A stretch of 62,995 nucleotides of DNA, filler included, from Octopus bimaculoides (GCF_001194135.2; 4 parts of 4 records of this genome joined end to end with filler, not necessarily neighbours in it); one strand, 5' to 3'; positions 13,710 to 26,479 are shown, numbered from the whole stretch's first letter. Notes: generated by a model from the sequence alone, not told the origin. Translations and numbers: made by a program.

Positions 13710-15241
13710 NNNNNNNNNNNNNNNNNNNNNNNNNNNNNNNNNNNNNNNNNNNNNNNNNNNNNNNNNNNNNNNNNNNNNNNNNNNNNNNNNNNNNNNNNNN
13801 NNNNNNNNNNNNNNNNNNNNNNNNNNNNNNNNNNNNNNNNNNNNNNNNNNNNNNNNNNNNNNNNNNNNNNNNNNNNNNNNNNNNNNNNNNNNNNNNNNNN
13901 NNNNNNNNNNNNNNNNNNNNNNNNNNNNNNNNNNNNNNNNNNNNNNNNNNNNNNNNNNNNATACATATACCTACATACATAAACATATATATATATGTAT
14001 GTTCGTTTATATTGAAATTTATATACAATGAATTTAATATTATACCATATATTTAAATTAGTACATAAATGTGTGCATATACATGTACGTATGTATATAT
14101 GTATGTATATATACATATATTTTTGATCTACATACGCCTCTTTATTCACATTTGTACACTTATACACACTCACATACATGAATACATAAAATATGCATAT
14201 ACCAATGTTTGTGTGCGAGTATACGAACATACATACATGAATATATATTCCTCAGTTTATATGTAAGTATAATATTAATACATACATATTTGAATGTGTA
14301 TATATTTCAAGAAAAATCCATTATTCTCACTTCAGGGTACTGCTTCTTAAACATTCAATAGCATTATCCATCTTTTCAATTTTATCTTTTAATGTTCTAG
14401 CGGAGTCTAATGGTTACTATTTAGAGCACATCAATTTACATATTAGTACATTTCAAAGCATTTGCGAAAATATACATGCTTACATATATGCATATATACA
14501 CATATTAGTTCCCCTACCCCTCGCCACATACATTCACGCAAACATGCATCATATATAAATATAAATACGTATAAATACGTACAAACATGTGTGTATCAAC
14601 CAGCATATAAATATGATATCTATATATCTATATATATATATATATNNNNNNNNNNNNNNNNNNNNNNNNNNNNNNNNNNNNNNNNNNNNNNNNNNNNNNN
14701 NNNNNNNNNNNNNNNNNNNNNNNNNNNNNNNNNNNNNNNNNNNNNNNNNNNNNNNNNNNNNNNNNNNNNNNNNNNNNNNNNNNNNNNNNNNNNNNNNNNN
14801 NNNNNNNNNNNNNNNNNNNNNNNNNNNNNNNNNNNNNNNNNNNNNNNNNNNNNNNNNNNNNNNNNNNNNNNNNNNNNNNNNNNNNNNNNNNNNNNNNNNN
14901 NNNNNNNNNNNNNNNNNNNNNNNNNNNNNNNNNNNNNNNNNNNNNNNNNNNNNNNNNNNNNNNNNNNNNNNNNNNNNNNNNNNNNNNNNNNNNNNNNNNN
15001 NNNNNNNNNNNNNNNNNNNNNNNNNNNNNNNNNNNNNNNNNNNNNNNNNNNNNNNNNNNNNNNNNNNNNNNNNNNNNNNNNNNNNNNNNNNNNNNNNNNN
15101 NNNNNNNNNNNNNNNNNNNNNNNNNNNNNNNNNNNNNNNNNNNNNNNNNNNNNNNNNNNNNNNNNNNNNNNNNNNNNNNNNNNNNNNNNNNNNNNNNNNN
15201 NNNNNNNNNNNNNNNNNNNNNNNNNNNNNNNNATATATATT

Positions 15242-15875
15242 ACGTGTGTTATTTAGAAAATATGTGCCAAAATATTCCATTTTGTAGCATTGATGCAAAG
15301 CGCTCGCTGGTTTTCTGAATAGCGTTCGCAGAGCGTGTTACATAAGGATCTGATGCACATGTGTGAAATACATCCAATGTAGATGTAAAAAATATATAGA
15401 GAGGTGATTTGGAGCTAAACATAACCATTTATTCTCAGCCCATTGAAGCTTCCGGTTTCGTGCAAGCGTGGACTCTTCAACGAGACGTGAAGACAGAGGT
15501 AAGCTGGTAAATCTATTTTGATACGTATGATGTGTGTATTTTGAGATAATACGTGGTTATCAACTTAAAATCCACAGCCTAGATGATGAAAATGAAACTG
15601 CATTCACATCATTTATATCAGAATATTCCAGATGAACCAGGCACATAGTGTATATTATATTGTGTAATAATGTATTTGAATATATTCCCTTTTGTAGCAC
15701 AGATGCAGCGTATAATGTAGTGATCTGATGCACATACAAGAAATAATTCGATTTATATTCAAAGCCGTTAATAAATAGAATGATGAAATAAACATACGCG
15801 CTTCTACGATCGTTACAGTTCGCTGATGAGTGCACGCTTACACGAAACCACTGGTCTTACTTCATGAAAACAAAT
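15242..15875 (+). mobile_element. Probable Penelope-like terminal (pLTR-like) remnant carrying a hammerhead motif
   Basis: Partial direct repeat atattcc.ttttgtagca..gatgca at 15272-15302 and 15682-15710, plus gatctgatgcacat twice; hammerhead core near the 3' end. Confidence 0.45.
15815..15866 (+). ncRNA. Type I minimal hammerhead ribozyme motif
   Basis: CTGATGA(15823-29)-GTG/CAC helix II-GAAA-CCACTGG-TC. Helix III ACCA-C-TGGT is near-palindromic; predicted cleavage after 15856; helix I pairs poorly in this copy. Confidence 0.7.
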
Positions 15876-16201
15876 GTTTATATTTATATTGAAATTAATT
15901 ATTTTGACATGTTTAACGCTTGTATGTTTTACGTGTGCATCAGATCCCTGTGTGTGCAAAGAGGATTTGATCTCAATCCTAGACACTTTTCGATCGCAGT
16001 TTGTAACGTCTTCTGTTGAGTCTGTTTCTCCAGAGCCAGACTTCTCATATAAAATCTCATGACAGAATTCAATAATTGAAGAAACGGTCTTCGTCTACGC
16101 AGTGGCAACACCGTATATAAACATATATGAATGCGTACATACATACATATATACATACATACATACATACATACATACATACATAAGCCATAGCCACTCA
16201 T

Positions 16202-16442
16202 AATGAAAGGGAATATTGGTGGAATGAACCAGTGAAGGTCTCAATAAAATGTAAGCACAACCGACCTGATATAATGATTTGGGATAGAGAAGAGAAAGTG
16301 TGCACAGTTGTGGAAATTAGTTGCCCAGCGGATGTTTCCATAAAACTGAAGATCAGTGAAAAAGTTTATACCTATAATTATTGGAGCCCTGGGATATGTA
16401 TACACACTGCCTAATACCAATCTTGAAAAATTAGGCTTCTCT
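16202..16442 (+). mobile_element. RLE-type non-LTR retrotransposon, endonuclease-domain fragment with an internal deletion
   Basis: EREYWWNEPVKVSIKCKHNRPDIMIWDREEKVCTVVEISCPAD..K.SEK joined to FIPIIIGALGYV..LEKLGFS; PD..E..K restriction-like endonuclease signature. Confidence 0.85.
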
Positions 16443-16443
16443 C

Positions 16444-16800
16444 ATCTCTTATTGAGAGTTTATAACTCGCTACTTTGCTTGTTGCAAACCTTGTTTTCTA
16501 TATATTACTTGCTGGAACGGAGTCTTGTCATCTCTCTAGCGAACGAGTGTTTGCGACTGAGGATGAGCAAAATTAGCTTGAAACCCGTCGTCTGCTGGAG
16601 GGTGGTAGGAGTTCGCTCCCCTGCTTGCAATATATACAGGGTGCAGGCTGTACCTACACATACAATGAGGAGCCGTATTGATGTGGTGATTAACTTTACT
16701 TGTTAGCATAGTTACTACTTTTATCTCTTATTGAGATTTCACAACTTGTTACTTTGCTCAAATTTGCTTCATTTCCTCTATATCACATTTGCCGCATATT
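16444..16800 (+). repeat. 279-bp-period unit with terminal direct repeats and an internal hammerhead-like motif (16557-16592)
   Basis: Direct repeats 16444-16479 and 16723-16758 (31/36 identical). Motif CTGAGGA-T-GAGC/aaaatta/GCTT-GAAAC-ccgtc-GTC. Confidence 0.55.
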
Positions 16801-17062
16801 CGTTGATATTATTTAGATAGTGTTTACGAATGAACGAGCAGACTAACGATCAATGTCATCCAATGACAACCATACCTTTTAGAATACTATTATGTCATGT
16901 CTTTCTTTAAGATGTGACTGTGTAATTTGAGTAGCGATTTGGCTGCTATTTCTCGCGAGTGTAGGTGCTCTCTTAGCCAGCTTCTCGTAAGTAAAGTAAT
17001 TATATTCTTAACTCCAGTCTGTATGTAATATATATGCATCTATGATATCCTGATTTTCCCCC

Positions 17063-17142
17063 TTTGTTGTTGGTCAGCTCTGGTCAACCGTAACCGTGTA
17101 ACGTTATGATCAAAAGCGTCTCAGCTGTGACCATCCCGTCAT
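17063..17142 (-). mobile_element. Short dispersed repeat tail (family D), also found at 44358-44440
   Basis: Reverse complement gacgggatggtcacagctg..cttttgatc..ccagagctgaccaacaac aligns to gacaggatggtcactactgg..cctttgaac..ctagagctgagcaacaaa. Confidence 0.55.
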
Positions 17143-17193
17143 TCTCTCGAGTACTTCTAACTTTGTTCTTTTCTTTTTATATTATATACTAGT

Positions 17194-17522
17194 GTGGAGG
17201 CGCAATGGCCCGGTTGTTAGGGCAGCGGACTCGCGGTCATAGGATCGCGGTTTCGATTCCCAGACCGGAATCGAGGCAATCGAAGCTGTACTCTTTCACC
17301 ACAATTTTCTCTCACTCTTTCTTCCTGTTTCTGTTGTGCCTGTAATTCAAAGGGCCAGCCTTGTCACACTGTGTCATGCTGAATATCTCCGAGAACTACG
17401 TTAAGGGTACACGTGTCTGTGGAGTGCTCAGCCACTTGCACGTTAATTTCACGAGCAGGCTGTTCCGTTGATTGGATCAACTGGAATCCTCGACGTTGTA
17501 AGCGACGGAGTGCCAACAACAA
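17194..17522 (+). mobile_element. tRNA-derived SINE family C with an 11-bp TSD
   Basis: Head gtggaggcgcaatggcccggttgttag..gtttcgattcc (A/B boxes); TSD TATATACTAGT at 17183-17193 and 17523-17533; internal deletion relative to the 37046 copy. Confidence 0.9.
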
Positions 17523-18321
17523 TATATACTAGTTAACTTGTGAACAATAGCGTCGTTACTTTCAAGTTTCCATTGGACCAATCAGTAGTTCTATGCATTT
17601 GTGAAGTCGACAGTGGCTAGAGAATGTCTGCGTATTGCTGTGACTACATTGGCCAATGTGTCCCTTCATTTCCACGATATCAAAATGAAATCTAATGGAT
17701 ATTTAGCCACTACTTCCAACAATAACGTAGAGAATACATCGCTGACACTCTGGTGATTCCATATTATACAATCTCGCTGAGAAAATATCTGAAGATTTAA
17801 AATGAAATCTTGATTTATAATTGAAAAGAAAAAAAGTGCTGCTATATGTTTACGTGGTTTGGAAATTCACAATGAATTTTATTAAGTTCACAGATCACCA
17901 CCGGAAATGAGAAATGCACTGTATGATTGAAGGAAGAAAGTGAACATGCGCGCGCACTGAGACACACAGACACACACGCACACACAGAGACGCATGAACA
18001 CATAATATNNNNNNNNNNNNNNNNNNNNNNNNNNNNNNNNNNNNNNNNNNNNNNNNNNNNNNNNNNNNNNNNNNNNNNNNNNNNNNNNNNNNNNNNNNNN
18101 NNNNNNNNNNNNNNNNNNNNNNNNNNNNNNNNNNNNNNNNNNNNNNNNNNNNNNNNNNNNNNNNNNNNNNNNNNNNNNNNNNNNNNNNNNNNNNNNNNNN
18201 NNNNNNNNNNNNNNNNNNNNNNNNNNNNNNNNNNNNNNNNNNNNNNNNNNNNNNNNNNNNNNNNNNNNNNNNNNNNNNNNNNNNNNNNNNNNNNNNNNNA
18301 TATATATATAAAGCATATATG

Positions 18322-18353
<32 letters not shown>

Positions 18354-18540
18354 GCTGAAATTTATTGAAAAACAAAAGACGAAGACAGGTGTATGAACAA
18401 CAAGCAGGTGTAGTAGTTTGACGCTTGGGAAAATGAAAAGGTCTTTTACGTTTCGAGCCTACGCTCTTCAGTAGAAAGGAATGAGAGAAAATAAACAGAG
18501 AGGGAATGAAAAAACTTGTAGATTTAGCGGTCAAGCATGG
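18354..18540 (-). mobile_element. Hammerhead-like terminal repeat (PLE-type end) abutting (TA)n
   Basis: Minus strand CTGAAGAGCGTAGGCTCGAAACGTA (18447-18471); related ends at 19760, 25440 and 32500. Confidence 0.55.
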
Positions 18541-19508
18541 CTACTGATTCTACATATATACACTCAGCTTGAGAGAAATATCTAAGTGACAGAGTCAATG
18601 AGATCTATGAACGAGAACGATGGAATGAGAGCGGTACTCTTACAATCTGATTCCTTTACTATCCTACCTTGTTTGCACGGAAGTGAAAAAATGTCTTGCT
18701 AAATAAGCACCGGATAATTGCTAGTCAAACAATCGACCAAAAATTTCAGTCGCATAGAAATTGCTTGACTTCAAAATACGGAATGAAAACGAAAGCTAAA
18801 GAAAGAAGTCCATGATTTATATGAATTAAAGACCGGAAAAAGCGCTGCAAAATGACTTCAAACACATTGAAAGAAACAGAAGGAAAAAAAGATAACTAAA
18901 AGAAGACAAAGTGAAACACCAAAAGAAAGTATAAATGAGTGTGCATATGCGTCTGTTTGTGTGTTTACGTATGGGTATGTTTTCTATCTGAGTTTAAGTG
19001 TGTACATATGCATTACGCAATCTGTATTCGTACGTGAGTATCAACATGCAAACTTATACTTACATGTATATCTGTATGTATGTATGAATATTATGACGAA
19101 AGTTACTACTTTGATATATAATGTCTTTATCTTTGTTTTGGTGAATAGTTAACCATATGCATGGACAGTTAAACTTCTGTACGTGCATGTATGTGTTCTT
19201 TCCTGTCTTCTTGTTTAGCTGTCTCCATGAATATATGTTATGGTGTCTGTTTATGTGTGTGTGTATTTATTCATTCATGCACTTAGGCACACTTGGAATT
19301 TATGAATGGGTAGAGTTATATATATTGCTGCATGTTAATTTGAATACACATATGTGCATATACATGTATTTACGCAAATGTATATCTGCACATGTGTGTG
19401 TGCATGGAGGTCGGTGTACGTATATTGTATATATGCATATACATATATATATAAATATGTATACACAAATATACATATGTATATGTATATATGTATATAT
19501 GTATATAT

Positions 19509-19542
<34 letters not shown>

Positions 19543-19759
19543 NNNNNNNNNNNNNNNNNNNNNNNNNNNNNNNNNNNNNNNNNNNNNNNNNNNNNNNNNN
19601 NNNNNNNNNNNNNNNNNNNNNNNNNNNNNNNNNNNNNNNNNNNNNNNNNNNNNNNNNNNNNNNNNNNNNNNNNNNNNNNNNNNNNNNNNNNNNNNNNNNN
19701 NNNNNNNNNNNNNNNNNNNNNNNNNNNNNNNNNNNNNNNNNNNNNNNATATGGTGCCAG

Positions 19760-19872
19760 AAATTATAAATAACATGAGGTCGAAGTAAAAAGAAAAGTGT
19801 GTATTAGGTTTAGGCTCAAGAAATGGAAATTACTAGAAAAAGTCATTAATGTTTCGAGCATACGCTCTTTTT
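19760..19872 (-). mobile_element. Degenerate copy of the hammerhead-like terminal repeat
   Basis: Minus strand aagagcgtatgctcgaaacattaatgac..gagcctaaacctaatacac resembles the 18354 copy. Confidence 0.5.
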
Positions 19873-19934
19873 TTATATATATACACACACACGCACACAG
19901 ATACACACACAGAGAGATACACACACACACACAC

Positions 19935-19991
<57 letters not shown>

Positions 19992-20269
19992 CACACACAT
20001 ACACACACACGCGTATATATATGAATATATTTACACGTATGCATATAACATACATACATGTCTATCTATCTACCTACCTATCTATCTATCTGTCTGTCTG
20101 TCTTTCTCTCTATCTATTTATTTATCTATGTATAAATAATAATGTATATATGTGTATGCATGCGTATGTGTAAGTGTGTGTATGGACGCATTGTGGGTCG
20201 GTGTTTGTGTATATATGTGTGTTTCTGTTTCTGTGTATGAATGAGAAAATGATAACGCGATAGACCGAG

Positions 20270-20319
<50 letters not shown>

Positions 20320-20684
20320 AAAAACAATTTGATCAGCAATTATTTCGCTCATCTATATATGAAGTTATAGCAAAATGTCTCTAAATCTATTTACGCTCCG
20401 ATGTCCTCCAAGACGGTGCCCAAGCTGTCCTAAATGTCCATATAAACATTGATGGATGTTCGCTAGCCAATGATTATTCAAGTGCATTTTATTTCTAGCT
20501 AGAGGATCAATGATGGTGGTGGTGTTGGATGTAAAGGTGAATGAAAGATAGATGGGACGGAAAAAAGATGGTGTAGTTAAGTGTGGAGGGATCATATTGG
20601 ATGAACATTTTGCGAGGCTGGAAGTTTTCATCGTAGACTTCCTTTTCATCTGGAATGCGTATCTGTCTGGCGAGCTGTATAACC

Positions 20685-20723
<39 letters not shown>

Positions 20724-20769
20724 GATTTGTATGTTCGTTTTTATGGCTAGCTGCCTGCTTATCTATCTA

Positions 20770-21142
20770 TCTAAACGGGAGCATTCCCGGTTTTGTGAGC
20801 CGAGGAGCCGTAACGCTGCTGAAGAAAGATTCAAACAAGGGGGACATCATAGATAACTTTAGGCCCATCACTCTGCTCAATGCAGACCTGAAAATTTTGG
20901 CCAAGGTGTTAGCCAAGCGGTTGGCGCTTGTCATCGAGAAACTGATCGGCAAGGCGCAAACGTGCGCCGTGCCAGGCAGGAGCATCCATGACAACCTCCA
21001 CCTGATGCGCTACATCATAGAGCGGGTAGTTAAGGAACCTGGCATGGGTGGGGCCCTGATCAATTTAGATCAATCGAAAGCTTTCGATAGGGTAGACCAT
21101 CAATACTTGGAGGCTGTCCTCATAGCGGCCGGCTTCGGTCCC
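20770..21142 (+). mobile_element. L1/Tx1-clade reverse transcriptase fragment, open up to the gap
   Basis: RGAVTLLKKD..NFRPITLLNADLKILAKVLAKRL..QTCAVPGRSIHDNL..LINLDQSKAFDRVDHQYL; GC-rich relative to the flanks. Confidence 0.92.
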
Positions 21143-21720
21143 NNNNNNNNNNNNNNNNNNNNNNNNNNNNNNNNNNNNNNNNNNNNTTAATTAATTAANN
21201 NNNNNNNNNNNNNNNNNNNNNNNNNNNNNNNNNNNNNNNNNNATATATATATATATATATATATGTATATATCCATGCATACATGCACGCTGTTATCTGT
21301 GCCGTATTAGCGTGTGTGTTTATGTGTGTATGTGTGTATGTGTTCGTGTATGTGTGTATATGTATGTGTGCGTGCGAGTATGTGTGGGTGAGTGTGAATG
21401 TTTCCACTCCCATGAAATATACATATACTCACCTTTTTCCAATTACCACTCTCCTTTTTGTCTGAATCGTAACTCACATACATACGTGCTCACATATACA
21501 TATGCAACTCTTTGTAAGTATATATATATATATTCACACACACTCGCACATAAATATATATATGGATATATATGTATGTATATATATATATATACATATA
21601 CATATATCACAGAAGCACAAACACACACATATGTACTTATATATACATATGTGTGTGTGAATATACATATATACACACATATATACATATATACACATAT
21701 ATACATATATACACATATAT

Positions 21721-21775
<55 letters not shown>

Positions 21776-22908
21776 NNNNNNNNNNNNNNNNNNNNNNNNN
21801 NNNNNNNNNNNNNNNNNNNNNNNNNNNNNNNNNNNNNNNNNNNNNNNNNNNNNNNNNNNNNNNNNNNNGATATATATGTATGTATATATATATATATACA
21901 TATATATGTATGCATATTTCCAGACAAATGCAATGCCATGTGCGTGAGAAAGACGCAATGCCTCAGTGTGGAGAAAAAAATAGCAGATGCAAGGTTTTAT
22001 GTTTATTGGGCAGCTCGCATTTGTGTGTTTGGTCATGTAAGCGTAAGCAGGCACGTTTGAAGATAAGTACACGTAGGTAGGTGTTTGATGGTATCAAACT
22101 GCTATAGATGTCTGGTTGTAGGGTTTTCTACTTGAATAGGTTCCACTAAACACAACGTTATAATAATTCTCAGCCTAGAAACATAGAACTACCTATAACG
22201 AAAGCTGGCGAGGTGTTCTTTTATTTTTGGTATATACAATGTATATCTTTGTTTCTACATTCTTTTCATTCCCTGGCAGATTTCCTAATCCCATCAATTT
22301 TTAAATATATTTTTTATCTTACCTTTGTTTTGATAAATATTTTGCGTTCTCCATCTTTTTTATTTGCTTGTAGTATATATAAAACATGTTGTGGTTTCTT
22401 TTTTTTTATCGTTGTTTTTGATAATTTTTTCTCTTTTTTTTGCAGATAATCTTCTGTAGAGATGAACAATGAATTGTGGTATCATGTGCAGTGCCGTAAT
22501 GCAGTAAACGGATTGTGTAGTACATATAACTGATGTCTGGTGTGTCATTCTGGGACGGAAAGAAATAATTTAGCGTCTGTGTATCAAACAAACGTAATAT
22601 TTTCGGTATATATATATATATATATTAAGGAAAGAAACACTGAAACTAAGAGTTTGTTTCACGATTAGCATTTCATACAACTGCGATCTTCAGATGAAAA
22701 GGCCAAAAGCGTACCTCCAAATATATGAAGCACTCCTCTCTCATTTGTCCAGCATAAACCAACGTGTATACATATGCGTGTGTATGTGAATGCTTGTGTT
22801 CAAGAAAATATATTTTGTAGCTCTAATGTGGATTAAGTGTTTATTTAATCTCAGATTTATCTTTCAGTTTTTTTTTTAACTTAATACCGCTTGGAATATA
22901 TGCATATA

Positions 22909-23783
22909 TAGGGTGTCTCAAAATCACTGATGGGTTTCAATTTTTAATAATTTCCTTAACTTTACAAATAAATGCATGATATTTTGATACAATATAAAGA
23001 ACATAATTGAAATTAATATAATTGAAATTAATATACATAAGTCAACGAAAAATTACATCGCTTAAATGGCAGCCATATTCGGCTTCGCACGCCCGTGCTC
23101 TTTCCAAATCTTGAACCATAACACCCACAAGATTTTAAGACCCTACTTCTCTAATTTCTTTATTGATGTTCTCCTTTAGCTGCACCAGGGTCTCCGGTCT
23201 GTTGACATAAAGCCTCTCTTTCGGGTATCTCCACAAGAAAAAATCCGTGCTAGTCAAGTCTGGGGGATGTGAAGGCCAGTTGACATTGCCGTAGCGGGAG
23301 AGTATTCTCTCGCTAAAGCACTGCGTAGTAACAGCATTGTTTCTCTTGCCGTATGATCAGTTGCTTCATCTTGCTAGAACTATGCGTGAGGTCTACTTTG
23401 AATGGCCTTCACGTTGCCAAACTTGGCTAGCCTGAATTTTTTCTTGTGGGGATACCTGAAAGAGAGGGTTTACGTCAACAAACCGGAGACCCTAGTGCAA
23501 CTGAAGGAGAACATCAATAGAGAAATTAGAGAAGTGTGGTCTGAAACTCTTGAGGATGTTATGGTGCAAGTTTTTGAAAGAACGCAGGCGTGTGAAGCCG
23601 AAAATAGCTGCCATTTAGACGACGTAATTTTTCGTTTGTGATGTAGTGATGTTGCAAAATTTGACTTGTGCATATTAATTTCCATTATGTTCTTTATATT
23701 GTATCAAAATGTCATGCATTTATTTCTAGACTTAGGGAAGTTACTATAAATTGAAACCCCTCAGTTACTTTTGGGACACCCTG
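22909..23783. mobile_element. Palindromic rosa/DD41D-like Tc1-mariner derivative built from two inverted 3' ends
   Basis: TA-flanked TIRs (t/c)agggtgtc.caaaa. The left arm (minus, 22909-23375) encodes QDEATDH..NWPSHPPDLTSTDFFLW, with 41 residues D to D allowing one frameshift. The right arm (plus, 23400-23783) encodes WP..NLASLNFFLWGYLKERVYVNKPETL..ACEAENSCHL. Confidence 0.9.
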
Positions 23784-24700
23784 TATATATACACATATAT
23801 ATGCATGTGTGTGTGTTTGTGTGTATGTGTGTGCGTGTGCGTGCGCGCGCGCGTGTGTGTGCCAGTCTGTCTTTGTGTTTGGGTGTATGTGCGTCTATGT
23901 ATGTATATCGACCATGCTTTAATTACTCCTATATGACACAAAATGTTTCCTCTTCATTTACATGATTCTTTAGTGCCACACCCGCCAAGATAGGACCATA
24001 CTGCTATTACACAGAAACTTGTTTTGCCTAAAGACTTACTGTTTCCAATCTCTTCAGTCAATGCTAAAATTAATAAGACGCTTGGTATTCCATTCTTCTA
24101 ATTGGTAGGGCCTGAAAACAGTCCATTAAAATGCATTTTCTTGATGAAGAATTTCAAGTAATTACAGATAATTACAAATGAATTGCTAATATTTCCGTGA
24201 ACTAATGCTTTTATCCATAATACAGCTCACAATTCTTTAAACTGCAACAAATTTTCGATTCTTTCCTTATTATGTTAATGGTCTTAGTGGTAGTCTTTTA
24301 GAAATACATACAATGCTATCTACGGTTACGCTTATCAACAAGGACAACTATGAAAATATATGTATATAAGTATTTCTGGGAAATATATGTCCTGAGTAGA
24401 GTATCGTAGTTAAATTTCTGTAACGAAAGATCAATGTAAATGAATATTAGGATATTGGAAATGAGAAATATTTAAACAAATTTCATATATGCTTATATAT
24501 TTATGTGAGTGTGCATGTGTGTTTGTGAGTATGCATGTGTGTTCGTGTGTACGTATATGAGTGAGTGCTCAAATACATATAATTAGAGTAGTATTTATTG
24601 ACTTACAGGTCGACTTAGCTCCTCGCGTTAAAGTTTTGTTGACAAGGAAAGAACATGACATACTCCTCAAACATTCGGAAGCCAACTGGAGAAAGAAGAC

Positions 24701-24753
<53 letters not shown>

Positions 24754-24944
24754 NNNNNNNNNNNNNNNNNNNNNNNNNNNNNNNNNNNNNNNNNNNNNNN
24801 NNNNNNNNNNNNNNNNNNNNNNNNNNNNNNNNNNNNNNNNNNNNNNNNNNNNNNNNNNNNNNNNNNNNNNNNNNNNNNNNNNNNNNNNNNNNNNNNNNNN
24901 NNNNNNNNNNNNNNNNNNNNNNNNNNNNNNNNNNNNNNNNNNNN

Positions 24945-24976
<32 letters not shown>

Positions 24977-25439
24977 CAAAAGAGTGAAAGAGGGAAGGTT
25001 AGATAGATCGATCGATGCATACATACATACATAGAGAAATTTATATACAGATACATATTTCACATACCGAGTTACTTTTGACGCTTACACATTCACCAGT
25101 AACAATTTCTGCATTTCTCATGTCATCCTATTTGCTTTGCCAATATCTTTATTTACTTAACACCCTCACCCGCTGCCCGCTTTTACCTCCTTAAGTACAA
25201 GTTTTCACAGCACCCACGATTACACAAATATACCAACTTCCATACCTCCACTACACATTCCACCTTTCCACAAATGTATGCACATACGTACACAAGCCTA
25301 ACACGACACCACTCTCCCCACTATGTCTGTTTTCAGACTGTTATACTTGCTTTCACTCACCTCATAGAATATCATTTTCATCTGGTTTCCAGATATTCGA
25401 TTAATTTCTTTGTTACGAGATATCTTTCTAACTTCCTCT

Positions 25440-25600
25440 GTGATTCTCTTTTATTTCTTTTGATGAATGACTAATGTTCGAAACGTTAATGTACATTGAC
25501 TTTTCATTAAACCGTTAAGTTAATACCATGTATTGGTTCGTGAAAGTGTCTTCCTCTTGTGTTGTCCTTTTTAACGTCCATTGCATTTACAGAATATAGA
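25440..25600 (+). mobile_element. Hammerhead-like terminal repeat copy
   Basis: tTGATGAATGAC-taat-GTTCGAAACGTT (25460-25487) then ccgttaagttaatacc..cctcttgtgttgtcc, homologous to 32500-32665. Confidence 0.55.
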
Positions 25601-26479
25601 TAAATGTATATATTTGTGTGAGTGTATGTATGTATGCATGTACGTATGTAAACATCTATATTTAAGTATATAACGTAGGTTATATACATATATGCATACG
25701 TATATGAAAGCACACATATGCACACGAATGTATATAAATATACGTATACATGCATGTATATGACACGATAGTTTCTAAATTTTCTTTAATGTATTACGCA
25801 ATAGAATCTAATGCGTATTCTGTAAATTACATAACACTATAACTATTTTTCAGTATTTGAAATCTCACTGCTTTAATTAAATGAATTTAAAACAGTCAGG
25901 TTGTAAAATGCATTTTCAGTGGATCCTAAGCCGAAAGGGGAAAACGGACACTTGCTGTAACGTGTGAAACATTGGTGCCAATATGACAATCATTGCTTCA
26001 AGCCAAAGAACGTCTTAAACGATTGGCCAATGGTTCATGCATCATTTTGTTCTTTTATTTTGTTTTGTTTTGATTTGTTTTTGTATTTCTGTTTTCTTTA
26101 ATCACTTAATTGTTATTAAATTTTATCCAGAAGACTTGTAAGAATTGAAGTTATCTTTCAAAAATTGATTATATTTATATATATAATTATTTGTATTTTT
26201 AAAATTTAAAACGAAAGATCACGAAATCCTTTCAGGAAGCCTTAAAAAATGAAGAGAAAACATTTGTTGAGGATCATACAGCACACAATTTTCACAATTG
26301 TTTGAAATATATGACGATGTTACTGAGTATAGCTCACTTCTTTCAGTATATAGATTGCTCTATTGTGTTAGGAACTACAAATTACATCAAAACCTTATTA
26401 TTCCTTGACTAGTTAGATATATCTCTAAACACATCCATCATGGCGTAACTGACTGAAGAATCTTTATGAGTTAAGCAAG

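Noticed and set aside
9000-15240. Long ORFs (up to 519 aa) in the track, here and around 28864-30183, 47409-48063 and 52420-53319
   Set aside because: These are translations of (TA)n/(CA)n repeats and N-gaps, with no coding signal.
17194-17270. tRNA genes at SINE heads (also 37360-37435 and 39466-39550)
   Set aside because: A and B boxes are present, but there is no complete cloverleaf and the heads continue into SINE bodies with TSDs.
21187-21198. TTAATTAATTAA island inside Ns, also at 41496-41507 and 58162-58173
   Set aside because: The same 12-mer with stops in all six frames is centred in 100-bp gaps (44 N on each side at the first site). It is an assembly spacer, not biology, and adjacency across these gaps is uncertain.
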